Of a DNA stretch of 64,000 nucleotides, positions 10,408-20,982 are shown one piece after another. Every line of letters starts with the position of its first letter. Positions within the stretch are counted from its first letter, which is position 1. A program made the translations under genes and the position numbers. A model generated the notes under the pieces. The model was not told the DNA's origin. It saw only the letters and a list, made by a program, of their open reading frames with translations, and ran no database searches. Source of the DNA: an uncultured Gammaproteobacteria bacterium (GTDB taxonomy: Bacteria; Patescibacteriota; Patescibacteriia; 2-12-FULL-60-25); NCBI GenBank assembly GCA_964551765.1, contig CAZKEE010000001.1:33458-97457 (forward strand), read 5' to 3'.

Positions 10408-10989
10408 TTGGTCATGCGCAAAGTCGCCATTGCGAGGCATAGCAAGACGGCATGGAACGCCGCTTGCAAGATCATCGGTCAAGAAGACATCCCCCTCATC
10501 GCGGAAGGACGCATACAGTCCGCCGCCTTGGGACGGACGCTTCAGGGCTCCCCAGAGGTGCGGATCGAACATATCGTGACATCCGACCTGTCGAGAGCAG
10601 CTGAAACATCGTGCACCGTGGCGCAGGCCCTGGGCCTGTCGCGTGCGCGCATCCGCAAGGACGCGCGATTCAGGGAAGCGAACCTCGGACGCCTGCAAGG
10701 GAAGACGGCGGCCGAGATCGCGAGTACCCATGGTCAGGGCATCCTGCGACCGCCTTTCGATTTCACGCCCTTCGGCGGGGAAACGCATGAGGAGGTCGTC
10801 GAACGCATGGTCTCCGGCATGCACGATGTCGCGAGGCTTTCCGACCCGTCCGGGACGATCGCGACCGTCCTGGTCGTCAGCCACTCCTGGGCCATCGAGG
10901 CCTATCTCCGGCATCTCCTGGGAGAACGCGTCCAGCTCGGCAATGCCGAGTGGCGCATCCTGACCCTGCAGGACCCGCCGCCGCCCTAG
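10408..10989 (+). CDS. Histidine phosphatase family protein (phosphoglycerate mutase-like)
   Basis: RHSKTAWN catalytic His motif near the N-terminus. C-terminal VVSHSWAIEAY. Confidence 0.7.
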   Translation: MVMRKVAIARHSKTAWNAACKIIGQEDIPLIAEGRIQSAALGRTLQGSPEVRIEHIVTSDLSRAAETSCTVAQALGLSRARIRKDARFREANLGRLQGKTAAEIASTHGQGILRPPFDFTPFGGETHEEVVERMVSGMHDVARLSDPSGTIATVLVVSHSWAIEAYLRHLLGERVQLGNAEWRILTLQDPPPP

Positions 10990-11009
10990 CCCCATAAGGG
11001 GCTTTTTTT
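10988..11009 (+). terminator. Rho-independent terminator
   Basis: agcccc-ataa-ggggct followed by ttttttt. Confidence 0.7.
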
Positions 11010-11114
11010 AGCCAAGAAACACCCTTGCCAAGTCATCGATGACTTGGTAACTTACCGCTCGCCTCACAGGAGGCGAATATTCCGAGGTAGCTCAGCGGTA
11101 GAGCAGAGGACTGT

Positions 11115-11672
11115 GAACGCGTTTATCAGGGATTCGTAGAAAACTCTATGAAGAAAGATAAACGGACCTATGCCGAGCGTGCCGATTATCTCAAGAAGGC
11201 GGTCGTCAAAAGGCGGAAGAAGGTACGAGAGATGGCCATCGCATACAAAGGAGGTGTCTGCAGCATATGCGGATACGACCGATGCATGGGGGCCCTTGAG
11301 TTCCATCATCCCGACCCTTCGCAAAAGGATTTCAGCATCTCGATGGACGGACTGACGCGGTCATGGGACCGGGTCAAGAAGGAGATCGAGAAATGCGTCC
11401 TCATTTGCGCGAACTGCCATCGCGAGATACATGCCGGCATGACGCAGCTTCCGACGGTAACGTCGGATTGAAAATCGAGGTGAATTGCTGGAAGCCTACA
11501 GTCATCGATCGGATGACTACGGTGATCAGCAGCCAAGCCCTGGCATGGCCAGGGAAGGTTCAGAGACTATCCCGTACGGGAGTACATCGACGAAAGTCGG
11601 TGGAAGCGCCTCGCTCCGCCTAAGGCGGATGAAGATATAGTCCACCCCGTGCGGAAACGCATGGACAATGTG
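11115..11672 (+). mobile_element. Group I intron (about 558 nt) in the tRNA anticodon loop carrying an HNH homing endonuclease ORF
   Basis: After the ORF, TTCAGAGACTA (11559-11569) and GATGAAGATATAGTCC (11628-11643) match conserved P7/J6-7 and P7-P9.0 strands of group I ribozymes. Both candidate 3' splice sites end on G (11670/11672); the preferred 5' splice is after exon position 35 (11114), the alternative after U33 (11112). Candidate IGS ACAGTC at 11498-11503 would pair with exon GACTGT. Confidence 0.75.
11148..11471 (+). CDS. HNH homing endonuclease encoded within the group I intron
   Basis: 107 aa with CSICGY...LEFHHPDPS...CANCHREIH (HNH / zinc-finger motif). Confidence 0.85.
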   Translation: MKKDKRTYAERADYLKKAVVKRRKKVREMAIAYKGGVCSICGYDRCMGALEFHHPDPSQKDFSISMDGLTRSWDRVKKEIEKCVLICANCHREIHAGMTQLPTVTSD

Positions 11673-11720
11673 TAATCCTTTGGTCGTGGGTTCGATCCCC
11701 ACCCTCGGAGCCATGTATAG

Positions 11721-11750
11721 ATCCCTCCCGACGTGGAGGGATTTATATAT
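11721..11750 (+). terminator. Hairpin / terminator after the tRNA
   Basis: atccctcc-cgacgt-ggagggat followed by an AT-rich tract. Confidence 0.5.
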
Positions 11751-11772
11751 GTTCCCATGATAAAATGACCAT

Positions 11773-12024
11773 ATGCCTAAAAAATCCCTCGCCGGCGGGA
11801 CGGTGCACAAACTGCCGGATGACTTTCGGCAGGCCATCAAGTCCACGCCCGCGGTACTGGCCTTATGGGAAGACATTACGCCGCTCGCGCGTAATGAGTG
11901 GATCTGCTGGGTCACGGACGGCAAAAAAGCGGAGACGAGGGGCATCCGTATCACGAAAGCGCTCTCGAAGATGAAAGGCGGGATGCGGAGACCGTGTTGC
12001 TGGGCCGGGTGCACGCATAGATAA
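11773..12024 (+). CDS. YdeI/OmpD-associated family small protein
   Basis: 83 aa. DFRQAIKSTPAVLALWEDITPLARNEWICWVTDGKKAETR is typical of that family. Confidence 0.55.
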   Translation: MPKKSLAGGTVHKLPDDFRQAIKSTPAVLALWEDITPLARNEWICWVTDGKKAETRGIRITKALSKMKGGMRRPCCWAGCTHR

Positions 12025-12031
12025 GAAAAAG

Positions 12032-12050
12032 GCACCCGTGCGGGTGCTTT
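12032..12050. terminator. Bidirectional hairpin terminator between convergent genes
   Basis: gcacccg-tg-cgggtgc followed by ttt. Confidence 0.5.
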
Positions 12051-12054
12051 GAGG

Positions 12055-12741
12055 TCATTGTTCGCGGCCATCGCCGTGGCCCGGGGCATCGTCCACGCCA
12101 TGCGTTTTGCTCGGCGGATGGAGCTTGGCGTATTCGTGGATCTTCCGCACCACGATATTGAGGACGAAGAGCGTGACGATGACGAGGATGGTGGTCACGA
12201 TGGCCTCGGCATAGAAGCCGAGACCGACCGAGATGCCCAGGCCGCAGACCAGCCAGAGCGCCGCGGCCGTGGTCAGTCCCACAACATGGTTGCCGCCGTC
12301 CAGGGGACGGAGGATGACGCCGGCGCCGAGGAAACCGATGCCGGTGATGATCTGTCCCGGGACCCGGGTCGGATCGATGCCCTTGTCCGGGAACGCGTCG
12401 AGGGCGAGCACGCCGGCGATGGTCATGAGGCAGGCGCTCAAGCCGACCATGGCATTGGTGCGCAAGCCGGCCGGCTTGTTGTGGTATTCCCGCTCGACGC
12501 CGATGATCCCCGAAAGGAGCAGGGCGACGACCAAGCGCAAGAACACGTCGATGCGCGAGATGGGCTCATGGCCGCCGGTCCCCGGCCTGCCCGCGGGATG
12601 CAGCGCGCCGATGACCCCGATCAGTCGATGGAACACGTCCGATGCGCCCCCGGCCGGATCGCCGTGGCCGACGAGGCAGCTGGCGATGACCAGGGAAATG
12701 ACAAGCGTGGCGGTGACCGCGAAAAACGTGCGAGACCGCAT
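12055..12741 (-). CDS. mgtC: MgtC/SapB family membrane protein
   Basis: GIIGVEREYHNKPAGLRTNAMVGLSACL MgtC signature. Multiple TM helices. Confidence 0.8.
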   Translation of the reverse strand: MRSRTFFAVTATLVISLVIASCLVGHGDPAGGASDVFHRLIGVIGALHPAGRPGTGGHEPISRIDVFLRLVVALLLSGIIGVEREYHNKPAGLRTNAMVGLSACLMTIAGVLALDAFPDKGIDPTRVPGQIITGIGFLGAGVILRPLDGGNHVVGLTTAAALWLVCGLGISVGLGFYAEAIVTTILVIVTLFVLNIVVRKIHEYAKLHPPSKTHGVDDAPGHGDGREQ

Positions 12742-12796
12742 GGTGAACTCCTATGGAAAAGGGCGGGCTGGCATGAGCTAACAGCGTTTCAATGCA

Positions 12797-12820
12797 AAAG
12801 TCAAAAGGGCTATATAGCCC
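12797..12820 (-). terminator. Rho-independent terminator (minus strand) after the flavodoxin-like gene
   Basis: gggctatatagccc palindrome; the minus-strand transcript follows it with UUUU. Confidence 0.55.
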
Positions 12821-12825
12821 TCCGG

Positions 12826-13506
12826 CTATTCCTTGGCACGGAGCGGGTGCTGCTTCAGCAGATGCGCGTAGTAGAGCAGGTTGCGCGCAAGGTTCATGGC
12901 CATATGCGGCGTCGCCTTGTTCTTGAGACGTCGTTCGCGGTCGGTAGACGGAGGCTGTCCGACCTCGCCCACCCAGTACGCGGCGCATTCCGGCGGAAGG
13001 GTGAAGCCCATCCAGGTGAGCACCGTCATGATGGACCCCATGGTCGATAAGGCGCCGTCCTCGCTCCCCGTGATCACGATGCCGGCGACCTTGTTGTAGA
13101 ACGCGCTCCGTCCTTCTGCGACATATTCCTCGTCGAACGCGTCCAGCCTCTCTATGATGCGTTGCATCAGGCTCGACCTGCCACCCCACCAGATGGGTGT
13201 CGCGAACAGGACGATGTCCGCTTTCCGAAGCTTTTGCGCGATTTCCGGCCACTCGTCGGTGTCTGATTCCTTGAACTTCAGGCCTACTGGGAGCTCCTTA
13301 TCCGCCAGTCGCACGATGTCTGTCGAAAGAGAGGCGCCCTCCATGCCCTTCATGGCGTCGAGCACGAGCCTGGCGACCTCTTCGGTGTTCGATATCCCGT
13401 CATTGTCGTGCTTCAGGGATGCGTTGAGGACCAGGACGTTCAATCCGGTGTCCTCTTTCTCACAGTTCGGCATCCCGCATTCGAACGTCGGTTTGGTCTT
13501 GTACAT
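12826..13506 (-). CDS. NAD(P)H-dependent oxidoreductase, flavodoxin-like fold (FMN reductase / quinone reductase family)
   Basis: LVLNASLKHD...ADIVLFATPIWWGG...GIVITGSEDG pattern. Start placed at internal Met (MYKTK), not the tool's upstream Met. Confidence 0.7.
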   Translation of the reverse strand: MYKTKPTFECGMPNCEKEDTGLNVLVLNASLKHDNDGISNTEEVARLVLDAMKGMEGASLSTDIVRLADKELPVGLKFKESDTDEWPEIAQKLRKADIVLFATPIWWGGRSSLMQRIIERLDAFDEEYVAEGRSAFYNKVAGIVITGSEDGALSTMGSIMTVLTWMGFTLPPECAAYWVGEVGQPPSTDRERRLKNKATPHMAMNLARNLLYYAHLLKQHPLRAKE

Positions 13507-13656
13507 AGGAAGAAAAGTGTACGGAGAAGAATGCCGAACGAGCAGGCTGTTTGCAACTCGGCCCGGATGGTGACGCCCCATTGACGAAAAGGGCTTTTTC
13601 GTCTATGTTCGGGCATTGCTCCTTCGACGTTCCACACAGTACTCTGGAGAACAACG

Positions 13657-14973
13657 ATGCCTATGCAATCACATGAACACAAGGTGGCGCGGATCGCGGC
13701 CCAGCTCAAGGGATATACCGGCACCAAGCCGGTGTCCCTCAAGAAAAAGGCCGTCTCGCATGAGGTGCCGAAACCCGGCGATAAGCGCCATGACGACACC
13801 AAGATCGATATCAGCGACCTCTGCGAGGTCCTGTCCATCGATGCGGACAAACGCCTCTGCGTCGCCGAGCCCGGCGTCACCTTCGTGGACCTCGTCAAGG
13901 AGACGATGCGCTATGGCCTCGTGCCCATCGTCGTCCCGGAGCTCAAGACCATCACCATCGGCGGCGCCGTCGCCGGCTGCTCCATCGAGTCCATGTCCTT
14001 CCGCGAGGGCGGCTTCCACGACACCTGCCTCGAGTACGAGATCGTCACCGCCAAGGGCGACGTGCTGACCTGCACGCCCGACAATGAGCATCAGGCCGTG
14101 TTCCAGATGGCGCATGGCACGTTCGGCACGCTCGGCATCATCACCAAGCTGACCTTCCGCCTGGTGCCGTCAAAGCCTTTCGTCCACGTGACCTACGAAA
14201 AATACGGCGACCTCGAGGCGTACAAGGCCGCGATCAAGCGGCATTATGACGCGCGCGATGTCGCCTTCATGGACGGCATCATCCATTCGCCGACCGAGCT
14301 GGTCTTGAGCGTCGGCGACTTCGTCGAGGAGGCGCCGTATAAGCACAGCTACGATTGGATGCGGGTGTACCCCACGAGCACCAGGACGCGGACGGAGGAC
14401 TACCTGCGCACGCCGGATTACTTCTTCCGATACGACCGGGGCGTCACCCAGGTCACGCCGAGTTCCTTCCTCGGTCGCCTGCTTTTCGGCAAGTTCTTGG
14501 ATTCCACGCGCCTGCTGCGGCTCATCAAGCTCATGCGCCACGTGATCCCGGCCTCGGCCATCCCGGTGACGCTCGACACCTTCATCCCGTTCTCGAAGAT
14601 GACCGAGTTCTTCGCCTGGTATCGCCGCGAGGTGGATTTCTTCCCCCTGTGGTGCGTGCCCTACAAAAAGGTCCGCACCTATGAGTGGATCGACACGGAG
14701 TTCGCGAAGAAGGCGCCGGACGACCTCTATCTCGACATCGCCATCTACGGCATGCGCCAGCAGCCGGGTAAGAACTTCTACGCGATGTTCGAGCAGGAGC
14801 TGATGCGCATCGGCGGGCTCAAGACCCTCATCACGCCGAACTTCTACACCGAGGAAGACTTCTGGAAGGTCTGGAACAAGCCCAACTACGACGCGGTGAA
14901 GCGCATCACCGACCCCGACAATATCTTCCGCGACCTCTACACCAAGATGTGCAAGGCCGCGCGAGGCGCATAG
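13657..14973 (+). CDS. FAD-binding oxidoreductase (PCMH-type FAD-linked oxidase)
   Basis: 438 aa. N-terminal FAD-binding domain (ITIGGAVAG, GGFHDTC). Confidence 0.7.
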   Translation: MPMQSHEHKVARIAAQLKGYTGTKPVSLKKKAVSHEVPKPGDKRHDDTKIDISDLCEVLSIDADKRLCVAEPGVTFVDLVKETMRYGLVPIVVPELKTITIGGAVAGCSIESMSFREGGFHDTCLEYEIVTAKGDVLTCTPDNEHQAVFQMAHGTFGTLGIITKLTFRLVPSKPFVHVTYEKYGDLEAYKAAIKRHYDARDVAFMDGIIHSPTELVLSVGDFVEEAPYKHSYDWMRVYPTSTRTRTEDYLRTPDYFFRYDRGVTQVTPSSFLGRLLFGKFLDSTRLLRLIKLMRHVIPASAIPVTLDTFIPFSKMTEFFAWYRREVDFFPLWCVPYKKVRTYEWIDTEFAKKAPDDLYLDIAIYGMRQQPGKNFYAMFEQELMRIGGLKTLITPNFYTEEDFWKVWNKPNYDAVKRITDPDNIFRDLYTKMCKAARGA

Positions 14974-14985
14974 AAGACGACGCGA

Positions 14986-15017
14986 CGCCTCTCCCGACCT
15001 GGGACGGGCGTTTTTTT
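14986..15017 (+). terminator. Rho-independent terminator
   Basis: cgcctctccc-gacct-gggacgggcg followed by ttttttt. Confidence 0.65.
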
Positions 15018-15020
15018 GTA

Positions 15021-15854
15021 TCACGCGATGTCCCGTGCCAGGATGAAGGCCTCGACGCCGACCGGTCTCGTTACGTTCGGGAAGATGATATAGGAATCTT
15101 GTTCGGCCAGGATGGGTTTGCCGCCTTCGATCGCGATAGGTTCGCCGTCGCGTATCAGATCGAACGTGCGGAAATCCTTCACGAACGCAAGGTCTTCCTT
15201 GGTCTTCTTATGGAACGTCGAGAGCCGCAGCTGCTTTTGCGCGGGAACTTTGGAGTACGGTCTCGAGGCCACGCATCCGAACATCGCGAGAAAGCGCATG
15301 GCCGTCTCGAACCCAAGATCGACGAAGAGGTCCGGCCTCTCGTTCGCGCCGAGCTCGACGCAGATACCGGTCTTTCCGTGCAAGAACATGTACCCGTCGC
15401 TGCCGCCCTCTTCCGCCTCGGTGAACCCGCTCACGACGATGGGCACGTCGAAGAGCGCGGCGATCGGGAAGCTCGGGGCTTCGCAGATGGCAAAGGGGAT
15501 AGCCCGTTCCGGCGCCTGCGGGGCGGGATAGGAGTGCAGATCGAGCAAGGCGTCGCACTCGTCCAGCAGGTCCATGAGCTCGGACGCGCGTTGATGCTCA
15601 TACGAGGGTTCTGCGACATCGCGTCTCACGAACAGCCTGTTCAGGTTCGCATTGATGAGGCGCGCGCCGCGTTCGATCGCCGGCGGGTTCGCATGGACGA
15701 GATGGACGGTACCGGCCTCGACGGTCAGTTCTTTCTCGAGCCTTTCGACGACCGTGATGCCGGCCGTCTCATTCCCGTGTACGCCGCAAAAGATCGCGAC
15801 GGAGGGACCGGGTCTTGCGCCGGTCTTCGTGATGACATGGTCTGGTGTGTTCAT
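15021..15854 (-). CDS. Succinylglutamate desuccinylase / aspartoacylase family zinc hydrolase
   Basis: VAIFCGVHGNETAGI motif. Start taken at MNTPDH. Confidence 0.7.
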   Translation of the reverse strand: MNTPDHVITKTGARPGPSVAIFCGVHGNETAGITVVERLEKELTVEAGTVHLVHANPPAIERGARLINANLNRLFVRRDVAEPSYEHQRASELMDLLDECDALLDLHSYPAPQAPERAIPFAICEAPSFPIAALFDVPIVVSGFTEAEEGGSDGYMFLHGKTGICVELGANERPDLFVDLGFETAMRFLAMFGCVASRPYSKVPAQKQLRLSTFHKKTKEDLAFVKDFRTFDLIRDGEPIAIEGGKPILAEQDSYIIFPNVTRPVGVEAFILARDIA

Positions 15855-16069
15855 AGTGATAGCGGATGATGTGCGGCAAAAGAAACAGCCCTCCGGAGAG
15901 GGCTGTCGGCGGCATCCGGCGCGCATGCGTCAACGGATCCCACGAAGAGACCTCTCCCGAGGGGAGATGCGACGCCACGCGGCGCAGAACGGTCTCATGT
16001 CCATAGGAACAGGATACCATATGCCGGACATTCGACCCTGTCCCTCCGTTCCGGTACCATGTCCCGCAT

Positions 16070-16546
16070 ATGATACGAAAAACACTGTTCGCCTCCGTCA
16101 GCGTCCTCGCCCTGCTCGGCGCGGGATGCGCCAAACCCGCCACGCCCCCACCGTCGGCGGCGCAAGGAGAGGTCCCGGGCGTCACGGACGCGGACAAGAC
16201 CGTCGAGGTCACCTGGCGGCAGCCGCAAGCCTGCCCGCAATATGGCGCGCCGAACAATTGCTACAACCCCGAAGGCAAATGCGGGGGATATGACAAGTGG
16301 GCCTCGACCTGCGCGACCTTCTTGTGGAAGATCAATCCCTGTCCCGTCGGCAAAAAGGTCGTGTTCGTGAAGAACGCGTCCTGCAGCTATGACACGGACC
16401 CCTTCCCCTCGGGAGGCGCGTCGTCCACGGTGATGGCGGATGGCGAGGCGGCCATCGACTGCCGCTCCTTCGCGAAGCAGTTCAAGTCGGCATCGTGCAC
16501 GTGCAATAACGGCATCACCCTGCACGCCATCCTGCAGTGCAGATAA
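16070..16546 (+). CDS. Cys-rich secreted lipoprotein, unknown function
   Basis: Lipobox LLGAGC. 11 Cys in the mature part. Overlaps the msrA start by about 10 nt. Confidence 0.55.
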   Translation: MIRKTLFASVSVLALLGAGCAKPATPPPSAAQGEVPGVTDADKTVEVTWRQPQACPQYGAPNNCYNPEGKCGGYDKWASTCATFLWKINPCPVGKKVVFVKNASCSYDTDPFPSGGASSTVMADGEAAIDCRSFAKQFKSASCTCNNGITLHAILQCR

Positions 16547-17058
16547 AAGACATCATGCATATGGAAAACACGACACAGACGGCCGTGCTCGCGGGAGGAT
16601 GCTTTTGGGGGATGGAAGAGCTCATCCGCAAATTGCCAGGCATCATCGACACCGAGGCGGGATATACGGGAGGCGAGAACGATGACCCGACCTATCAGAA
16701 CCATCCGGGCCATGCCGAGGCGCTCCAGATCAGGTTCGATCCGACCAAAACGACGTATCGCGACATCTTGGATTTCTTTTTCCGCATCCATGACCCCACG
16801 ACCTTGAACCGGCAGGGGAATGACATCGGTACCGCGTATCGCTCCGCCATCTTCTACGCGGACGAGACGCAAAAGAAGGAGGCGCAGGCGTTCATCGACC
16901 TCGTGAACAAGTCCGGACGTTGGTCCAGCCCGGTCGTGACCACGCTCGAGCCGCTCAAGACCTTCCATCCGGCCGAGAGCTATCATCAGGACTATCTGCA
17001 AAAAAATCCGGGCGGGTATACCTGTCATTACGTGCGATTGCCGACCTATCTGACATAA
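16537..17058 (+). CDS. msrA: Peptide-methionine (S)-S-oxide reductase
   Basis: [13 protein letters not shown] active-site motif. Start may be Met 16555 or 16561. Confidence 0.85.
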   Translation: MQIKDIMHMENTTQTAVLAGGCFWGMEELIRKLPGIIDTEAGYTGGENDDPTYQNHPGHAEALQIRFDPTKTTYRDILDFFFRIHDPTTLNRQGNDIGTAYRSAIFYADETQKKEAQAFIDLVNKSGRWSSPVVTTLEPLKTFHPAESYHQDYLQKNPGGYTCHYVRLPTYLT

Positions 17059-17061
17059 GAA

Positions 17062-17090
17062 AAGACCTCCCTTGCGGGAGGTCTTTTCGG
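17062..17090. terminator. Bidirectional terminator between msrA and the cold-shock gene
   Basis: agacctccc-ttgc-gggaggtct followed by tttc. Confidence 0.7.
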
Positions 17091-17103
17091 TCTGCGGCCT
17101 GTA

Positions 17104-17301
17104 TTAGGCGCGCTTGACGTTGACGGCGGCCGGGCCCTTTTCGCCCTGCTCGACGTCGAAGGTGAGCGCATCGCCCTCACGGAGTTCCTCGAAAGTAACG
17201 CCGATCAGGTTCTTGCTGTGGAAGAACAGGTCTTTGGCCTGGCCCTCCGCGCCGACGAAGCCGTAGCCCCGTTCGTTCAGCTTCTTGATGATACCGTTCA
17301 T
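17104..17301 (-). CDS. cspA: Cold-shock protein (CspA family)
   Basis: 65 aa. MNGIIKKLNERGYGFVG...KDLFFHSKNL contains the RNP1/RNP2 motifs. Long 5' UTR toward 17499. Confidence 0.85.
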   Translation of the reverse strand: MNGIIKKLNERGYGFVGAEGQAKDLFFHSKNLIGVTFEELREGDALTFDVEQGEKGPAAVNVKRA

Positions 17302-17498
17302 AGGTTTCAACAGTTTAGATAAAATTGCTGTATGTAATATGCGATTTCTCAAAGTAGACGCTTTTTGAAACAGGGCAACTTTAGACGATACTATAGCGGA
17401 ATTTCGCGATTTTGTCAATGCAGGGCCGGGATGTTGGCCACCGTTAGCCATTCTTTGCACCAAGAGCTATCCTCGGTCTTGTAGGCACATTTTCCTTT

Positions 17499-19721
17499 AT
17501 GAACGACATCTCCCTCATCGAAACACGCTACGCGACATCGAAAGACAGGCTCGTGGAGGCCCGAAAAAGGCTCGGTCGGCCTTTGACCTATGCCGAAAAG
17601 GTGCTCTGTTCGCATCTGGATGCGCCAAGCGCGCAGGAATGGGCGCCGGGATCGTCCCAGCTCGCCCTGCGTCCTGACCGCGTGGCCATGCAAGACGCCA
17701 CGGCCCAGATGGCCTTGCTCCAGTTCATGCAAAGCGGCCAAGCGCGTGTCGCCGTGCCGTCCACCGTGCATTGCGATCATCTCATCCGCGCGCAAAGCGG
17801 CGCCGCGCAAGACATCGAACGCGCCAAGACCGAGAACAAAGAGGTCTATGATTTCCTCCGTTCGGCCTCGGCAAAATATGGCATCGGCTTTTGGGAACCG
17901 GGCGCGGGCATCATCCATCAGGTCGTGCTGGAACGATATGCGTTCCCGGGAGGCCTCCTCATCGGCACGGATTCGCATACGCCGAACGGCGGAGGGCTCG
18001 GCATGCTTGCCATCGGCGTGGGAGGCGCGGATGCCGGCGAAGTGATGGCGGGCCTGCCCTGGGAAGTCCTGCACCCCAAGCTCATCGGCGTGAAGCTCAT
18101 CGGGCAACTTTCCGGCTGGACCTCGCCCAAGGACGTCATCCTGTACTTGTGCGGCTTGCTCACGACCAAGGGCGGCACGAACAAGATCATCGAATATTTC
18201 GGCCCCGGCGCCGCGACCATCAGCTGCACGGGCAAGGCGACCATCGCGAACATGGGCGCGGAGCTCGGCGCCACGGGCACGGTCTTTCCCTTTGATGCGC
18301 GCATGGCGGAGTATCTGCGCGCAATGGGCCGCGCGGATGTCGCCGCGCTTGCCGAGGCGCATGCGGCCGATCTCGCCGCGGACCCGGAGGTCGCGGCACA
18401 ACCCGATCGCTATTATGACGAGGTCATCGAGATAGATCTCTCAGCGCTCATGCCGCATGTGGTGGGCCCGCATTCGCCCGATGTGGCGCATCAGGTCACC
18501 CAGCTCGCGGATTTCGTGACCGCGCAGGGGCATCCGGCCGCGCTCACGAGCGCCCTCATCGGCAGCTGTACCAATTCTTCGTATGAGGACCTGAGCCGCG
18601 CGGCCGATGTCGCCAGGCAGGGGATAGCGGCCGGGCTCAAGGCGAAGGTCCCGTTCTTCGTGACGCCCGGGTCGACCCAGGTCTATGACACGGTGAAACG
18701 CGACGGTTTGCTCGACGTGTTCGAACAGATGGGCGGCATCGTGCTCGCCAATGCCTGTGGGCCCTGCATCGGCCAATGGAAACGCAGCGATATCCCGGAT
18801 GGACAGAAAAACTCCATCATCTCTTCGTTCAATCGCAATTTCCCCGGCCGCAATGATGGCAATGCTTTGACCTGCTCCTTCCTCGCGAGCCCGGAGGTGG
18901 TCACGGCCTATGCCTTCACCGGCCGTCTTGATAGCGATCCCATCGCGGCGCTCGGTTTGAAGCCCCCTGTCGGTGATACCCTTCCGACGAACGGCTTCGT
19001 GGCAAGCGATGCGGGGTTCCAGGCACCGGGCGAGGGCACGGATGTCGAGGTGCTCATCTCGCCCACGAGCGAACGTCTCCAGGTCTTGAGGCCTTTCGAT
19101 GCCTGGGACGGCAAGGACATGACGGACCTGCCCATCTTGCTCAAGACCAAGGGCAAGACCACGACGGACCACATCTCGCCGGCGGGCAAATGGCTGGCCT
19201 ATCGCGGACATCTCGACAAGATCAGCGACAACATGTTCTCGGGCGCCATCAATGCTTTCAGCGACAAGCCTGGCACGGGTCTCGACGTACGCACGGGCGA
19301 GCGCGAGGTCCCCATCTCGCAGATCGCGCGGCGATACAAGGCCGCGGGCCTGGGGTCCCTCGTCATCGGCGATGAGAACTATGGCGAAGGCTCGAGCCGC
19401 GAACATGCCGCCATGTCCCCGCGCTACTTGGGCGTGCGCGCCGTCCTTGCGCGCTCTTTCGCGCGCATCCATGAGACCAATCTCAAGAAGCAGGGCATCT
19501 TGCCTTTGACCTTCGCGGACGCGGGCGACTATGGCCTGTTCGGCGAGACCGACAAGGTCAGCGTCATCGGACTTTCGGAGCTCGCGCCAGGACGCGCGAT
19601 CGAAGTGCTTGTCCATAAGCCCGACGGCACGACGGCCACCATCAAGACGAAACACTCGCTCACCGCGCCGCAGATCGCCTGGTTCAAAGCCGGCTCGGCG
19701 CTTAATGCCTTGAAACCTTGA
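17499..19721 (+). CDS. acn: Aconitate hydratase
   Basis: 740 aa. Fe-S ligand region [19 protein letters not shown], and C-terminal swivel domain. Confidence 0.9.
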   Translation: MNDISLIETRYATSKDRLVEARKRLGRPLTYAEKVLCSHLDAPSAQEWAPGSSQLALRPDRVAMQDATAQMALLQFMQSGQARVAVPSTVHCDHLIRAQSGAAQDIERAKTENKEVYDFLRSASAKYGIGFWEPGAGIIHQVVLERYAFPGGLLIGTDSHTPNGGGLGMLAIGVGGADAGEVMAGLPWEVLHPKLIGVKLIGQLSGWTSPKDVILYLCGLLTTKGGTNKIIEYFGPGAATISCTGKATIANMGAELGATGTVFPFDARMAEYLRAMGRADVAALAEAHAADLAADPEVAAQPDRYYDEVIEIDLSALMPHVVGPHSPDVAHQVTQLADFVTAQGHPAALTSALIGSCTNSSYEDLSRAADVARQGIAAGLKAKVPFFVTPGSTQVYDTVKRDGLLDVFEQMGGIVLANACGPCIGQWKRSDIPDGQKNSIISSFNRNFPGRNDGNALTCSFLASPEVVTAYAFTGRLDSDPIAALGLKPPVGDTLPTNGFVASDAGFQAPGEGTDVEVLISPTSERLQVLRPFDAWDGKDMTDLPILLKTKGKTTTDHISPAGKWLAYRGHLDKISDNMFSGAINAFSDKPGTGLDVRTGEREVPISQIARRYKAAGLGSLVIGDENYGEGSSREHAAMSPRYLGVRAVLARSFARIHETNLKKQGILPLTFADAGDYGLFGETDKVSVIGLSELAPGRAIEVLVHKPDGTTATIKTKHSLTAPQIAWFKAGSALNALKP

Positions 19722-19722
19722 T

Positions 19723-20982
19723 ATGTACGAGAAATTGACCCCTCCGGCCGGCGACGCCATCACGCTCGCGGATGGAAAGCTCCGTGTCCCCGACCATCCC
19801 ATCATCCCTTTCGTGGAAGGCGATGGCACGGGGCCGGACATTTGGAAGGCCACGCGCCGCGTGCTCGATGCGGCGGTGGAAAAGACCTCGAACGGGGGAA
19901 AGAAGATCTCCTGGTTCGAGGTGTATGCAGGCGAAAAGGCGAACACGGTCTATGGCCCCAACACGTGGCTGCATGATGACACCATCAAGGCCTTCGAGAC
20001 CTATCGTGTGGGCATCAAGGGCCCGCTCACCACGCCCGTTGGCAAAGGCACGCGCAGCATCAATGTCGCCCTGCGCCAAAAGCTCGATCTCTATGCCTGC
20101 GTGCGGCCCGTGCGCTGGTATCAGGGCGTGCCCTCGCCCGTGAAGCGGCCGGACCTCGTGGACATGGTCATCTTCCGCGAGAACACCGAGGACGTGTATG
20201 CGGGCATCGAATGGGCCGCGGGCACGGAAGAAGCGAAAAAGCTCATGGCCTTTCTCCGCGATGAGCTCAAGGTCACCAAGGTGCGCTTTCCCGAGACGTC
20301 CGGCTTCGGCATCAAGCCCATCAGCAAAGAGGGGACGGAGCGCCTGTTGCGCTCGGCCATCGACTACGCGCTCGCACATGGCCGCAAGAGCCTCACCATC
20401 GTGCATAAAGGCAATATCATGAAGTTCACCGAAGGCGCATTCCGTGAATGGGGCTATGCCGTGGCGAAGAACGAGTACGGCGACAGGACGATCTCGTGGG
20501 AAGAGAGCGGCGGCGTGGTGCCCGAGGGCAAGCTCCTCATCAAGGACGCCATCGCGGACAATTTCCTCCAACAGATCCTGACGCGGCCCGCGGAATACGA
20601 TGTCATCGCCACCACGAACTTGAACGGCGACTATATCTCGGACGCGCTCGCGGCCGAGGTCGGCGGCTTGGGCATCGCGCCCGGCGGCAATATCAACTAT
20701 CTCACCGGCCATGCCGTGTTCGAGGCGACGCATGGCACGGCGCCCAAATACGCGGGCATGGACAAGGTGAACCCGGGTTCGCTCCTGCTCTCGGGCGTCA
20801 TGATGCTGCGCTACATGGACTGGGACGAGGCCGCGGACCGCATCGAGACCGCGCTCGCCTCGACCATCGCGGCAGGAGAGGTCACGTATGATCTGGCACG
20901 CCTCATGCGCGCCGAAGGACGTCAGGACGTCAAAGAGCTCTCCTGCTCGGCCTTCGCCGAGGCCATCGTGGGGCGGGTGTAA
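19723..20982 (+). CDS. icd: Isocitrate dehydrogenase (NADP-dependent, prokaryotic homodimeric type)
   Basis: 419 aa. Starts 2 nt after the aconitase stop. [13 protein letters not shown] isocitrate/isopropylmalate dehydrogenase signature. Confidence 0.9.
   Translation: MYEKLTPPAGDAITLADGKLRVPDHPIIPFVEGDGTGPDIWKATRRVLDAAVEKTSNGGKKISWFEVYAGEKANTVYGPNTWLHDDTIKAFETYRVGIKGPLTTPVGKGTRSINVALRQKLDLYACVRPVRWYQGVPSPVKRPDLVDMVIFRENTEDVYAGIEWAAGTEEAKKLMAFLRDELKVTKVRFPETSGFGIKPISKEGTERLLRSAIDYALAHGRKSLTIVHKGNIMKFTEGAFREWGYAVAKNEYGDRTISWEESGGVVPEGKLLIKDAIADNFLQQILTRPAEYDVIATTNLNGDYISDALAAEVGGLGIAPGGNINYLTGHAVFEATHGTAPKYAGMDKVNPGSLLLSGVMMLRYMDWDEAADRIETALASTIAAGEVTYDLARLMRAEGRQDVKELSCSAFAEAIVGRV

Larger units (their letters stand above)
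11081..11713 (+). tRNA. tRNA-Asn(GUU) split in the anticodon loop by a group I intron; exons about 11081-11114 and 11673-11713, CCA encoded. Less likely alternative junction gives tRNA-Thr(UGU).
   Basis: Acceptor stem TCCGAGG/CCTCGGA, discriminator G, D-arm GCTCAGCGGTAGAGC, T-arm GTGGGTTCGATCCCCAC. Spliced anticodon arm GAGGA-CTGT|TAA-TCCTT equals the E. coli tRNA-Asn 13-mer GGACUGUUAAUCC. Confidence 0.75.

Noticed and set aside
11081-11120. tRNA-His(GUG) reading of the 5' tRNA half (loop CTGTGAA read contiguously)
   Set aside because: There is no 3' partner downstream unless an intron is invoked. With an intron, a GUG anticodon would force a non-G intron terminus. G-1 is absent and the discriminator is G. 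The spliced form matches tRNA-Asn.
18441-19946. 501-aa minus-strand ORF antisense to aconitase
   Set aside because: Antisense shadow ORF with no recognisable domain; plus strand is aconitase.
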